A stretch of 64,000 nucleotides of DNA from Batkoa obscura (Eukaryota), in NCBI GenBank assembly GCA_030770535.1, contig JASVEC010000014.1, positions 496,001 to 560,000 on the forward strand. Reading direction: 5' to 3'. The notes beneath the pieces are model-generated. The model did no database searches. It was not told the DNA's origin and saw only the letters and a program-made list of their open reading frames with translations. Positions within the stretch are counted from its first letter, which is position 1. Each line of letters starts with the position of its first letter. This document shows positions 41,543 through 53,812 of this stretch, in pieces. The translations under genes and the position numbers were made by a program.

Positions 41543-42305
41543 TTACTCTCTAATTTCGTGATCCTTAGCCCTTTCTTCTTTTTTAATTGGTGGATAAGGG
41601 AATGCAGTCCCGTTGGGGTTCCTTACGGGTGCTGAAAAAGGTCCCACATAATTTGAATTAATAGAAGCGTTGTCTTTAGGTTGAATCGAAGATAATGTAG
41701 TGCCGTTATTATTATTACTCATTGTTGGTAGAATAGTATTAAAGGGAGCTTGAGGCTGAGGTTGGCTTTTAAGCTGGTTGTTCGCTCTCACTTTATTCCT
41801 TAATGCCTTCATCACATGCTCATGGCTCATCTTGCGTTTTGGAATCAAATCTTTCTGCTCAGTGATGGACTCAGAAGACTTACCGATCAATTGTGGATAC
41901 TGAATCCTCGGTAATTTATTATCAGGGGAGTTGGAATGGATCCTGCTGGTATCAATTTTAGGCAATGTAATTGGGGTTATGTTTGTTTGATGGTTATTAT
42001 TGAAAAATCTTTTATCTTTAATTTCAGGTAGTTTAATATCTTGCTTATGCTTTAGTTGTGTTATCTCATACTCTATCTTACGGTTCTCTAATTTTATCAA
42101 CTCGGTGTTATACTTCACTTCTTCGGCTAATAACTTTATATTTTATTATTTATTTTCATTTTAATTTGCTATTGTAGCTTACTTTATCCTCTTCTTGTTT
42201 GCTTGCTAACACATGCTTCAATAGCTCTCTATCACTATCATACTCTCTTAATAAATTGCTTAATAACGATTTACTCCCATTCACTCTGTTTTGGTTTCGT
42301 TCCAT
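41543..42305 (-). CDS. Hypothetical protein (N-terminal coiled coil, low-complexity tail), one intron
   Basis: MERNQNRV...DRELLKHVLASKQEEDK spliced to LLAEEVKYNTELIKLENRKIEYEI; basic helix KRKMSHEHVMKALRNKVR. Confidence 0.75.
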
Positions 42306-42759
42306 TTTTTATTTGTTTCTTAATAAAAAGTAATTCTTAAATTTAAAGTGTTGTTTTTTTATTTGGTCTTAATTTCCTAATTGGTCTAGTTTGCTTCCAG
42401 TTGTTGTGATCTTTTCATTATTTTATAATAAAGTTAACCATGTAGGATGAATTTTTATTGGCTGTGATTGGATGATTCCTGATTTATTAAAGTATAATAT
42501 TTTATTATTGAGTTTAAATTTAATCAAAAAAATAAAATACAATTAAATTAAAGGATTTAGGAATTAATCAGAATATTAGATTTTTATTAATTTATTTTAT
42601 TGCTTAATGATTTTGAAATTTTGTTTGTTTGCCGAACTTCAATTCTGTTAAATACTCAAGTGATACAATCAAATTAGTAGTGATATTTATATGATTGTAA
42701 TCATAATTGTAATAAAGTATATATAAAATCCTAATAATTTTATAATTAATATGTAAAAA

Positions 42760-44631
42760 ATGTTTTTTGAAACAGTAAAAGACAATGAAAGTATACAAAC
42801 ATTATGGTTATTGGGCAACCTGAGCAAGGCTCAGATACGCCTTTTAAGTAAAAAGAAGATTAAAAAAGAATTAAACATTGGTGAAGTTTTACAATTAATT
42901 AGAGACTCTGAATGGGACTTAAAACACCAAATAATTTTATTACTGGGATTAATAAGATACTATATGTTCCAAATCGAAAAGATGGACACTAAATACTCTC
43001 AATTGAAGCAAGATATATTTAGGTCGGTTTTATTACCTACCTTAGAAAGGAATAATACATCAAAGTTTACTACTTTAAAGTAAGTTTTAATCCCGTTTTA
43101 TTATTATCGTTAACAGTTTCCATTACATAAGCTATGAAGACCTCACCTTGTTAACTTCAAAATTGTACTACTTACCTTTTCCTGATCTTGAGATCACATT
43201 ACCCGAGGAAGAGACCAAGCATGATTGGAGTATAGAATCTATTCGATTACTGGAACCTAGAGAAACAGTAGAAATTGGTCGGATTGAACCGGATGAATTC
43301 AACTGGACTTTAGATTACTATGGAAATGTATTGGAACCAACTTCTCCAATTGATTTTGGCCCAATTCTTAGCTCCCCAACCTTTGAGCCTATAAGTGTTC
43401 CTCAAATTGAGCTTGAAACATTGCCACTATTAGCAATAGAAGAGGAGGCTAAAGATATTGAAGTCCCAAAAAAATTTAGAAGTAATATGGATAGGAGTAC
43501 TATACTAGATCAAGAGGCAGTTTTTAAAGTAGATGAAAGTGCCATTGAGAATTTTGTATGTGGTTTTTGTGTTATTGGGCTACATCTGATTAAATGCTTA
43601 ACTAGGAATTGAAACGAAAAATCAAACAAGCGTGTAATGCCTTACTTTTTAACATAGGCTTAGCTACCCCTATTGAATATTATAACAATTTATTTCGTGA
43701 TAGTATTAAAAAACTGAAGTTGGAAGAAGGTATTAGTTTTATTAAATAGTAATACTTACTCTTTTATTTTTTTTAGTATCCCCGATTGGCTCGACTGTTT
43801 CTAGAGGTATTAGATTATAGCTTTATATTAATTTATGTTAATTTTATTCTAGAATATGGAATGGTAACCATTAGTTAATACAGTCTATTATTTATTTAGG
43901 AAAACTAGGAATTACCCGAATATCCATCTTACAGCCCAGAAGTAGCAAGAGAAAGGGTCTCATTTGATACTACTCGTTACCCTTGGAATGTGGATATTAG
44001 TGAAATCTTAGGTATATCTATTTAGTTTATTCTATAATGATGCACTTTCTCTATTTTAGACCAACCCCTAGAAACTCCTAGGATTAGCTTAACGCCTGTT
44101 TCATTCCCTGAGAGGTACTTTTATAATCATAATCTATATAATCACTATAGGAATTAGAGAGTCCATTGAGGACATTATACCACCCTTGGTCCATGAAGAT
44201 CAAATTAATATTTTAGTAGAAAAGGCAGCTTTGGTTCCAAATTATCATCAGTTTCAAGGTAAATTCTTTAGATAAATTTACTATGAAATTTCTAATATTC
44301 TTAGCCTTGCCTCAACAGCAACTAGCAGATAATCAACTCTACTATTCATTAACCCATGAAGATCTTAACTTAGATAATGAAACCACTAACTTTTTATCTT
44401 TTTTGAAATTTCAACCAGTGACACAACCTCTTTCAATGTCCTCCTTGTTTGATGCCCCTACCACAGATAAAATTACTGCTTCTACGGCTTTTTACCTCAT
44501 CCTAAGTAAGCTTTCGTCCACCTCTATTTTACGTTAATAACCCTATTTTAGGCCTGAAATCAAATGCTCTGATTGAGGTTGAGCAGAGAGAACCCTATGG
44601 AGATATTGAAATTGATCTGAACATTTTTTAG
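42760..44631 (+). CDS. Rad21/Rec8-family alpha-kleisin, probably meiotic Rec8-like, multi-exon
   Basis: N-terminus TLWLLGNL...LSKKKI...LKHQIILLLGLIRYY; acidic middle with VEIGR and PEVARE separase-like ExxR sites; C-terminal winged helix ASTAFYLIL...IEVEQREPYGDIEI. Confidence 0.8.
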
Positions 44632-45159
44632 ACTACTGTGGTAGAGTTCGAGGTATTCGATTAGCTATTTATAAACTTTATTATGAGTTTTATCAAAACT
44701 TGGCTATTTTGATTGCTTTTTACACTTAAATTTCAGACTTAAAATTAAAACTACAGCTATTGAAGCTCTTTTCCAACTTTAGAAGTAATTTTTATATTTA
44801 AATTATTTGTACAAATAATTTTTAATCCTAGATGTTTATTTTTTGAACTGTTATAATATAAATTTTTACCCTAAATAAGCAGTTAACTAGGTCTCAAAAG
44901 AACTGTAACAACTGCAAAGTCAACTTAAACTACTAATTCTAAATGCGCTAAAACTGAATCTAAATAGTCGTATTTTTAGAAAATTTTGTATCGTTTAAGA
45001 ATTCTTAAAGTTTCGTTTTAAGTTCCTGATTGGAAAATACCTCATTTGTACAAAATTGATCCTGAATGCGCTCCCCTGCCATTCAAATTTGGTCTAAAAA
45101 CTATTTGAAATTTGAAAAATTCTTGTTTGTTTTGCTACTAACAAAAACTATTTTTGACA

Positions 45160-48100
45160 ATGTGGAATATAAAACCCAACTCAAGACTAAATAGTTCACC
45201 CTCACTAAAAGGAAGCAATATACAGGGATTACAAGGTCAAAGCAGTATAGCTCCAAACTCAAAAAAACGGAAAGCGGAATTTGAGTCTCAAGAAAAAGGC
45301 ATAGAATGCCCCATCCAAGTTTACATACGGTGCCGAGGAGGCCATCAACATACAGGAAATAAAATAGGAACTGAATTGATAGGGAATAGTGAACTACAAT
45401 GTAAAGAAGGCAATAGCAGACATTCCGAAATTAAGTTCAAATTTGATCAAATATTTAATCCTCACATTTGTCAAGAAGCTATCTTTAACGAAGTTGCTTT
45501 GCCTATGATAGATGAAGCTCTTTGTGGATTAAATTCTACTTTATTTGCTTATGGCCAAACAGGTACTGGGAAAACATACACAATGGAAGGGGCACTTGGT
45601 CAAATTGGTATTCTTCCAGAGACAAACGCCGGAATCATTCCAAGGGTTTTACATCAACTTTATAAAAGGCTTGATAGTATGGAGTTGCCTTCAAAATATG
45701 TTATAAAAATATCGATGCTTGAAATTTATAATGAGGAAATCTATGATCTTCTTTCAATTAAAGATGCAACTAAACCAAACTCAAAAATTATTTTAAATAA
45801 AGTTTCAAATCAAGACCTGATCATTAAAGGGTTAACAGAAAAGATTGCTAATACACCAGATGAAGCAATTGAATTCCTCAGACAAGGCTCAAATATTCGC
45901 CACACTGCTTCAACTAAATTAAACAAAAGCTCAAGGTAATAATTTACTTCTTTATTCAACTGATAATAATTTTTTTAGTCGTTCACACTCTATTTATACT
46001 ATTAGTATTAAAGTGAATAAAAAAACAGAAGCCAGTGACCATTTTATAAATGGCAAGCTATATCTAGTTGATCTTGCTGGCTCAGAAGATATTTCACGAT
46101 CTGGCACTGAAAAGGTTCAAGCAGCTGAAGCGGGCAAAATCAATCGATCTTTACTTACTTTAGGTAAAATTATAAAGGGGCTCTCTGAAAAAAGTACTTC
46201 AGGTTTAGTTAAGCTACCATTTAGGTAAATTCTTTACTTTATTTTTAAACTATGATAGAAATATGATATTAATGTTTAGAGAGAGTAAATTGACTCGTAT
46301 CCTTGAAGATTCATTAGGAGGGGGTACAAAAACACGGATGATAGCAACAATTTCTTTGCTTGAAAACGATTTAAAGGAAACTATCAATACACTTAAGTAT
46401 GCCACACAAGCGAAATACATAAAAAACAAGCCTAAACACAATGTCACTATTGATGAAACTGCTCTTTATATTGAGTATAAGAATGAAAATATGATGTTAA
46501 AAGATGATTTAAAAGATAATCGAGAAAAAAATGGAGTATATCTATCTAAAGCCAAGCATGACAAGATAGTAGAAACTATGAAGGCATTATCTAGTGACAA
46601 GTCAAGGCTCGAAACTTTTAACCAGGATTTTGAAGCAAAATTGCGAGAAGAAAGGGAATTGAGATTTAGAATTGAAGATGAGTATAAAAAGTTACTAAGC
46701 GACAAAGAAGATAAACTCAATAAAGCCCTTATAGAAGTTGTATCATTAAAAAAACAGAATCAAATTCAAATGGCAAACAAAGTTCAGTCAGATAAAGCTA
46801 TAAATGCACTATTAAATCAGATAAAAAATAAATGTAAGGAACTGGAGAGAGTTCATGGAATCACCCAAAATATTAATGAAACAGGAGGGTCAGGCAATAC
46901 TTTAAGTGATGAAATCAGTGATCAACTATTTGCTAACTCTGATGGGACAAATCAAGGAGTTAATGATTTATTAGCAGATCGATTTGAATTAAAAAATAAT
47001 TTAAAAGATTTATTAAGTTTATTAAAAATAAACTCAAGTGATAGCAAGTATGCTATAACTCGATTAATTGAGAATTTAGATACTACTCCTTCAATTGAAA
47101 ACAATCAAGCTGAAGGAATTTTAGAGTCATCTAGTACTTACATCAAAGAGCTTGGACAAGCTACCATAGATCTTTTCGAACTTCTTGATGAACAAACTCC
47201 TATTACATGCACTTCACTTACTAAAATTATATCCGATCAGGATAAAAACACAATGGATTTGTTTAATAGTATATTAACAAAGTATAATAAGCTGCAGACA
47301 TGGACTAAGGATTTAGTAAGTCATTCAAATAGTATTATAAAAAAGAAGATTGAGGAAACCACCCATCCTTTACTTGAAATAAAAAAGCTATATGATGCCA
47401 AGATTCAAGTTTATAAAGAACAATATGCAAAACTAGTCGAATATTTAGAAAATTCGGTGGTCTCTCATACTTCACAAAAAGCACAATTAGTATATGAAAT
47501 AGCAAATCTTCTCGAAAGATACACACATTATGAACATAATGAAATTTCAGATTTAGTCCACGAAAGCAAGGTAATATTGTTGGAAAAGGAAGAAGAAAGC
47601 ACTAAATTTCGCAAAGAGCCCGTCAATGAATCAAAGGACTTTGATACAAATCGACAAGATTGTAATGGACAAATTTCGCCTTTAGAAAATGGTATCATCA
47701 TTTCACACAAATCTAACCTTATTAAACTAAAGCAAACAAATGAACCTGATCTACTTAAAAATATTCAATCACAAATTAATGAGTCGGAAAAAAAAATTGA
47801 AGAAGCAATTAGAGAAAGATCAGCTAAAAAAGAAACCCCTACTTACAATTCAGATGTTTATGAAGGAAATAACTTGATAAAGGAGCATTCACAAAAGATA
47901 AATCAAACCTTAGAAAGCTTAGAATTTAATCATAATATTTTAATGTCTCAACTTAGTGACATAGTAATTGAAAACAAAGACAATTTGGTTAATCTCATAA
48001 GTTTGTATATTCATAAATCAATACTTCCACAAGTTGAAACGCTCAACGAGTTTAATAAATCACATGCTAGCCTTACAACGGCTTTTGTTGACAAACATTC

Positions 48101-48541
48101 TGAGGTAGACACTTTGATTTATTATGTAAATATTTATTAATTTTATCTTTTTAGATTGAGACTACTAACCCAAAACAATATGTTATGAACTCTGAAGGAT
48201 TACCAAGTGAATTCAATCCAATGATATCTCAAAATTATGGAGCAAATGATATCAATGAAGCTACTTCCATTAAAGAAGGGAGATCTGAACCAACAATCAT
48301 CGTTGATTCAATTAAAGAAAAAGTGACTGGAGATAATGCTACTGGCTGTAAGAGCTCAAGCCTAAAGACTACGCCTTTAAAAAACAGGCTAAATTCAATT
48401 CACCCAGGTCTAGATACTGTCGGACCAATTCGTTCAAGTACCTTAAAGCGTCAGAATATTAACAATAAGCAAACTCAACACTTCTTAGGACGTCCAAAAA
48501 TTGATTTTTTTAATGCTAGAAAAGATGAACCCAAGAAATAG
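45160..48541 (+). CDS. Kinesin-5 (BimC/Cut7/Eg5-like) motor, 3 introns
   Basis: IQVYIRCR, FAYGQTGTGKTYTMEG, SSRSHSIF, LVDLAGSE, RESKLTRILEDSLGGGTKT, DNREKNGVYL neck; long coiled coil. Confidence 0.92.
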
Positions 48542-48769
48542 GGCAGATTTTTGGTCTATTTATTAGTTAGTTCACCAGTCGACAGATTATTGTAATAGTA
48601 TAGCATCGTTTTAAATGATAGCAAATGTATAAATTTTCATATAAATTATTTTAATAAAATTTTGGATACTTTTTGATGGTTTTAAATATTTAATGTCTTA
48701 GTATAAATTCATTTAGAATAATATTTTTGCTATAAGTATGATTAATAAGTTAAAGTGAGAGATAGTAAT

Positions 48770-48873
48770 AGTATGGGGATGTATTTTTTTGTTTAAAAAT
48801 TTTACTAACAATCTTCTCACTCAAATAGCACTTAAAAAGTGTAAAAGTAATGAAATCAAGAAAACATCCCTAT
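48770..48873 (+). mobile_element. MITE-like element, copy H
   Basis: TATGGGGATGTATTTTTTTG...CACTCAAATAGCACTTAAAAAGTG...AAACATCCCTA; abuts the 3' end of the transposase relic. Confidence 0.85.
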
Positions 48874-49820
48874 CTTTCCTTTCCCTAAACATGATGAAAA
48901 GCTCAGCATTTACTCATAAAATCTTTCACAATCAGCAACATTAAATGATTCTTTACTATTTTGTAAATCTTTTACTCCAACTACTTGTATCCATTTGGTA
49001 TACATGACTTGAATAGGATTTAATAGTGGAAAGTAGGGTGACAAGCATACTAATTTATGTCCGCTAGATCTAATAATTTCACTAATTCTTAGATGCTTAT
49101 TTATCCATCCATTATTTGTAATTATTATCCCTTCTGATATGTTCATTCGTGTAATTTTATTAGCTAGTAATCCAATAAATTGATGAAATGATTGAACATT
49201 ATACGGCTTTGCTTGAGTTTGAACTTCAATTATTTTATGCTTGTTCATAGCACAATGCATTGATACATCTTTTATTTGGGATCCGGCATCAAGCGAAGTA
49301 GGATCCTTGGTTCTAAGTGCACATAAACTTTTCACGCATCGTTGCAGAAAACGTTGCTTCATTCAAAAAAGATTTTAGAATCATCCAATCTCATTATTTC
49401 ATTCACAAAAATACTAGCATAAAAATCTCTCATCTCAAGTATAGTTAAATCATTTTGAGTAATTAGATTCATATACTTAAAAGAAAATTTAAACTTTTTC
49501 ATACGGAGGCGTATAGCTGTTGTACCTACACTTACCCAATTCATTCAACAGTCTTTATTGTAGTTTCTTTATAAAATAGTACAGTCTTTGTTGATCCAAG
49601 CTTGCATAATTTTATCATGGTCTTCGGATATGGCTCTTTTTCTAGGTCCCCTTTTTAGCTCCCTTCTATAATCTTTCCCTTCAATGTACTTATTTACAAC
49701 AAAACCAACGAAAGCACACTTGAAACCCATTACTTGGGCAATTTCATACATGTGCCATTCATTAACATAAGATTCAACAATCATTTCTCTATTTTCATTG
49801 CTAATATATTGATATTTCAT
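48874..49820 (-). mobile_element. IS630/Tc1-mariner transposase pseudogene
   Basis: HTH-like EIAQVMGFK...RGPRKRAIS; WINKDCTI; FKFSFK; F.NEATF; IIITNNGWINK; LSPYFPLLNPIQ (cf. LPPYSPFLNPIE); several frameshifts and stops. Confidence 0.85.
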
Positions 49821-50477
49821 TTAAATGTTTAGATAGCGTTCAAATTCAAGTAAGTAACAATTTGATTCTTTTATTTTTTTTAGTGAGATGACCATATTCT
49901 TTTATGAATTCAACCCTTTGAGTGCCGGATACCTCAAACTTTTTTGTTCAAATAAATTATGGCGTCAAACTCATTTTATGCCAATTAGATCAATACTTCA
50001 AAATTCTGTATCCGAAGGGTTAATTTGATTTGAACCATGCGAGCAATGTTCGTCATAATTGAATTGATTAACAAAGGTTAGCAAACAACGTTGATCTATA
50101 GTACTCAAGTAGTTAGAGCAAGTTTATTCAAATTTACATAAAAACTGGTAAATACATTGAAATTGGGAATGACACTCTCATATTCATTTTAGTGTTCAGA
50201 TAAAATCAAACTCATCAATAAAAAATATATTATAAAGTAACACAAAGCGGTTTATCAAAATGGTTAATTGTAATAAATCCAAATTTATTTAAAGTTAAGT
50301 AGGATTTAATTTAAAGAATATAAACATAATTCTTAAGTGTCATTTAAATCCGTAATAGGAAAGCGGAAGCCAACTTCCCAGCCAATAAAATATCAAAAAA
50401 ATAGCATGAACCAAACTCTACAAATTAAACACTTTAAAAACTAATTTATAGCTTAATTTTTACTTCTACTTTTAATC

Positions 50478-51455
50478 ATGAACTCTTTAGTAGAAACCAT
50501 AGCCGAGCCCTTAGGGCTAACTAACTTAAGCAAGAATATCCATTACATACTTGGAGCAGCATTTTTTTATCAAATAGTATATTTGTTAGGCGGCTATCTT
50601 AGTTCAGTATTTTTCGGCAGAGTATATAATCATTTAGAACCAAAAGTACAAATGAAATGGCGTATAAAGATAACTTCGTTTGTGAATGCAAGTTTGATAT
50701 CCTATCTTTCTTTTTCACTTTTATTCGATGAGCATTTGCAAAAGGATAAGGTATTTAATTCAACTGACTATTCTGAGTTTGTTTATTCAATGGCTTGTGG
50801 GTAAGGATTTGTTTCAATTTCAAGTCTACCTTATTGATTTTTTTAGATATTTTTTATGGGATATTGTGTATGCTATAGTGGAAGGCCAAGGCTTCGGATT
50901 CCTGTTACATGGGGTATCTTGTTTTTCAGTGTATTTATTTTCATTTGTAATATTTTGTGGTCTATGAGTAATTTTTTATTAATCTATATTTTAGACTCCC
51001 TTTTTAAACTATTATGGATCTGTATTTTTAATGTTTGAGTTAAGTACCCCATTTTTAGACTTTATTTTCTTTATGGTAAATAATTTAGGTTTTACTTTTG
51101 TTTTTACTGACTTATATTTAGGATAAGTCTGGCAATTCAGACTCCATTTTAATGGTTATTAATGGAATCTGTCTTATGGTTGTCTTTTTTTGTGTTAGAA
51201 TAGTGTTTGGGATTTATATGTCATATAAAACCTTTGGTAATTACATTAATACTACTTCAAGTGTTTTTATTGATTATTTTTCTAGAATCCGTTCTTCAAG
51301 TTATTTCAAAAGTTCCATTACATTTACAATTCATTTATGGAACTGCTAATGTTGCTTTAAATTTGTTGAATTTGTTTTGGTTTTATAAAATGGTTTCCAT
51401 GTTTGTAAGACGTTACAAGCAAAGAAACCAAAACAAACAAAAGAAAAGCTCTTGA
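50478..51455 (+). CDS. TLC (TRAM/LAG1/CLN8) domain membrane protein, TMEM56/Tda4-like, multi-exon
   Basis: WRIKITSFVNA, ACGYFLWD, GFLLHG, MFELSTPFLD, FFCVRIVFG, LNLLNLFWFYKM. Confidence 0.9.
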
Positions 51456-51690
51456 ATTTAGTTTATGATAATAGAAGTAAAAGCTATTTAACTATATTTG
51501 AAACTATTAAAATAGATTAGTTAAAATAATTTAAGGGTGTTTTACATTTATCTTTATATATTTTTAAATTTAAAGTAAATAATTATATTAATTTAAAGCA
51601 GTTAATTCAATTTTATTTAATCTTCCGATTCTTTATTTAATGCTAGTTGGACTTAATACTCTATTAAAGTAGCTAATATATTAACAAACA

Positions 51691-53200
51691 TTAACTTTCA
51701 ATATTAGTTTGTATGATACCGTATTGACCATTTGTTCTCCAACCTTTATCAATGGAATCCAATTCTTTTATTCTACTGCTATCGATTCCAGGCAAAAGTT
51801 CACTTTTACACGTTTTTAAAGCCACAATAAAAGGCAGCTTTTTGTTATCAAATTTTGCATTTAAAGGCCCAATAGCTTTATGAAATTTAGTTGCAGACTC
51901 CCATTTACCATCCCCAATTAATTTTCTATAGTTTAAATCTCCTTTGAATACAATCATATCTGACGCTGCAAGTTTTTGATATAGATTAGGTGCTTCATAA
52001 GGTAAATGCCAAAAAGTATAAGGCGAGGTCCAAAACCAATCGGTCTCATAGTTTAATTTACCATTACGAAGGTAACGCATCCACCTTGTGGCAAGTATTT
52101 GTAATTCAACGTTACTGTCATTTAAACAATACTCTAATATCCACTTTAAGTCTGGTAATGTGGTATCTGACACAAACCAAGGTATTGTTTTACCGTGGAA
52201 ATATACTTTAGAAGCATACCCTTTTTGAAGTAAATAATCCGCAAATAACAAATCAGTGAATAACTCAAAGCCTGATAAAATTATAAATACAAGTGAATGT
52301 TAGTGTTAATAAATATTACCTGAATTATCTAAAACTATATCTACTCTACCATTAGATAATTTTGATGCCTTAGACCAAACTGCTTCTTGATGGTTAACAG
52401 CTATATTTTTCTCCATATTTTTAATAGCTTCAAGATCCATGCTAAGCACTTTATTGATATCGGAACTCTGAACATTTACAAAAAAAGCCAAATCGGATTT
52501 GTTACCCCATAAACAGATATGTAACATATTTAAAAAGGTCTCTTTTTCATTACTTTGGCTTAAATTAAACAATGTGTCACAGTTCTTTGCTATTACTCTT
52601 ACTTCATCTAAACAAGATCTAAATGAACTTTTTTTTGAAATTTCAAATGCATCTACTGCTTCCCATCTAGAAAAATTAGACATAATTCCACTGATTGAGC
52701 GGTAAATTAGACATTCTGAAAACATCATACTGGCATCTAAATAACTAATACTTTGACCTGAAGCCTCTTCATATAACCTTTTGTTCCATACGCCTAAATC
52801 GGGAATTTTATCCTCAAGTTGCCTATTTATCAGTAATATTATAAAGTTGTCATTTGTTTTGAAAGAGCCGTTACCTTATTTCCTTGTTATTCATTAGTTC
52901 ATATTTCAATCTTAATAACTTTTCAACAACTTGCTGGCCTTGTTCAAACTTTAGTGGATCATCTTTTTTTGATTCATTACTTATGGCTTCTAAATGTTCT
53001 ATAACAGTATCAATTGATTTAGGGGTACGTTCACACATTGTATAGTGGGTATAAGATCCAGGTTTTCCAGTAGCTAAGACATTGACCGGGGGTAAATGAA
53101 GGGTAGAAATGGAACGTAAACTAGTTAAAGTTGGTGATAATATCCAATTTATTGAATAAAAATGGGAAGTTTTTGTAACTAAAGGTCTCAATCTAAGCAT
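51691..53200 (-). CDS. DUF89/ARMT1 damage-control phosphatase, 2 introns
   Basis: SECLIYR, CLWGNKSDL, IVLDNSGFELFTD, KTIPWFVSD, FKGDLNYRKL, LKTCKSE, WRTNGQYGIIQ. Confidence 0.92.
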
Positions 53201-53812
53201 TGTAGTTTAACAAGTAAAAATAAAAAAGAAAGTAGTTCTATGATATAGGTGAAGTGACATGGTTCATTTTATCAGTTAAAAATTTCATTAAGGTTGTAAG
53301 GATTGTCTCCAATCATATTTAAAAGGAATTATATAATTTTTTGACCCATATAAATTAATACTTTATTAATAAATTTATAAGAATAAATTTATAATTAAAA
53401 GAATTTAAATAACAACCAATTTATTATAAGTGGAAATGGTAAAATTAAAATAATAATATGAATACTATTTTGTAGTATAGTCAAAACACATAAGAATACA
53501 AAAAATCAACTTCATTTTTGATATTTGTTTTTTTAACAAAGTACAAGTTCATTTTTTAAATAAGACATATTATCGTGTGAATGGGGGAGGTTTATTTTTC
53601 AACTTCTATAAAATATTAGCTTTAAAACCCAGTGCTATTCAATTCCGTAGAGTAAAACACGAATTATAGAGAAGATGATGCATCAACTGATGAAAATGTT
53701 AATAGATAAGATATGATTGGGCTAAACAATCAAAATCTAGGGGGAGTTGATCTAATCAAACTATAAAACGCAATAAAAATCAAATCTATTATTTTACTAA
53801 ATTATTTTAAAA

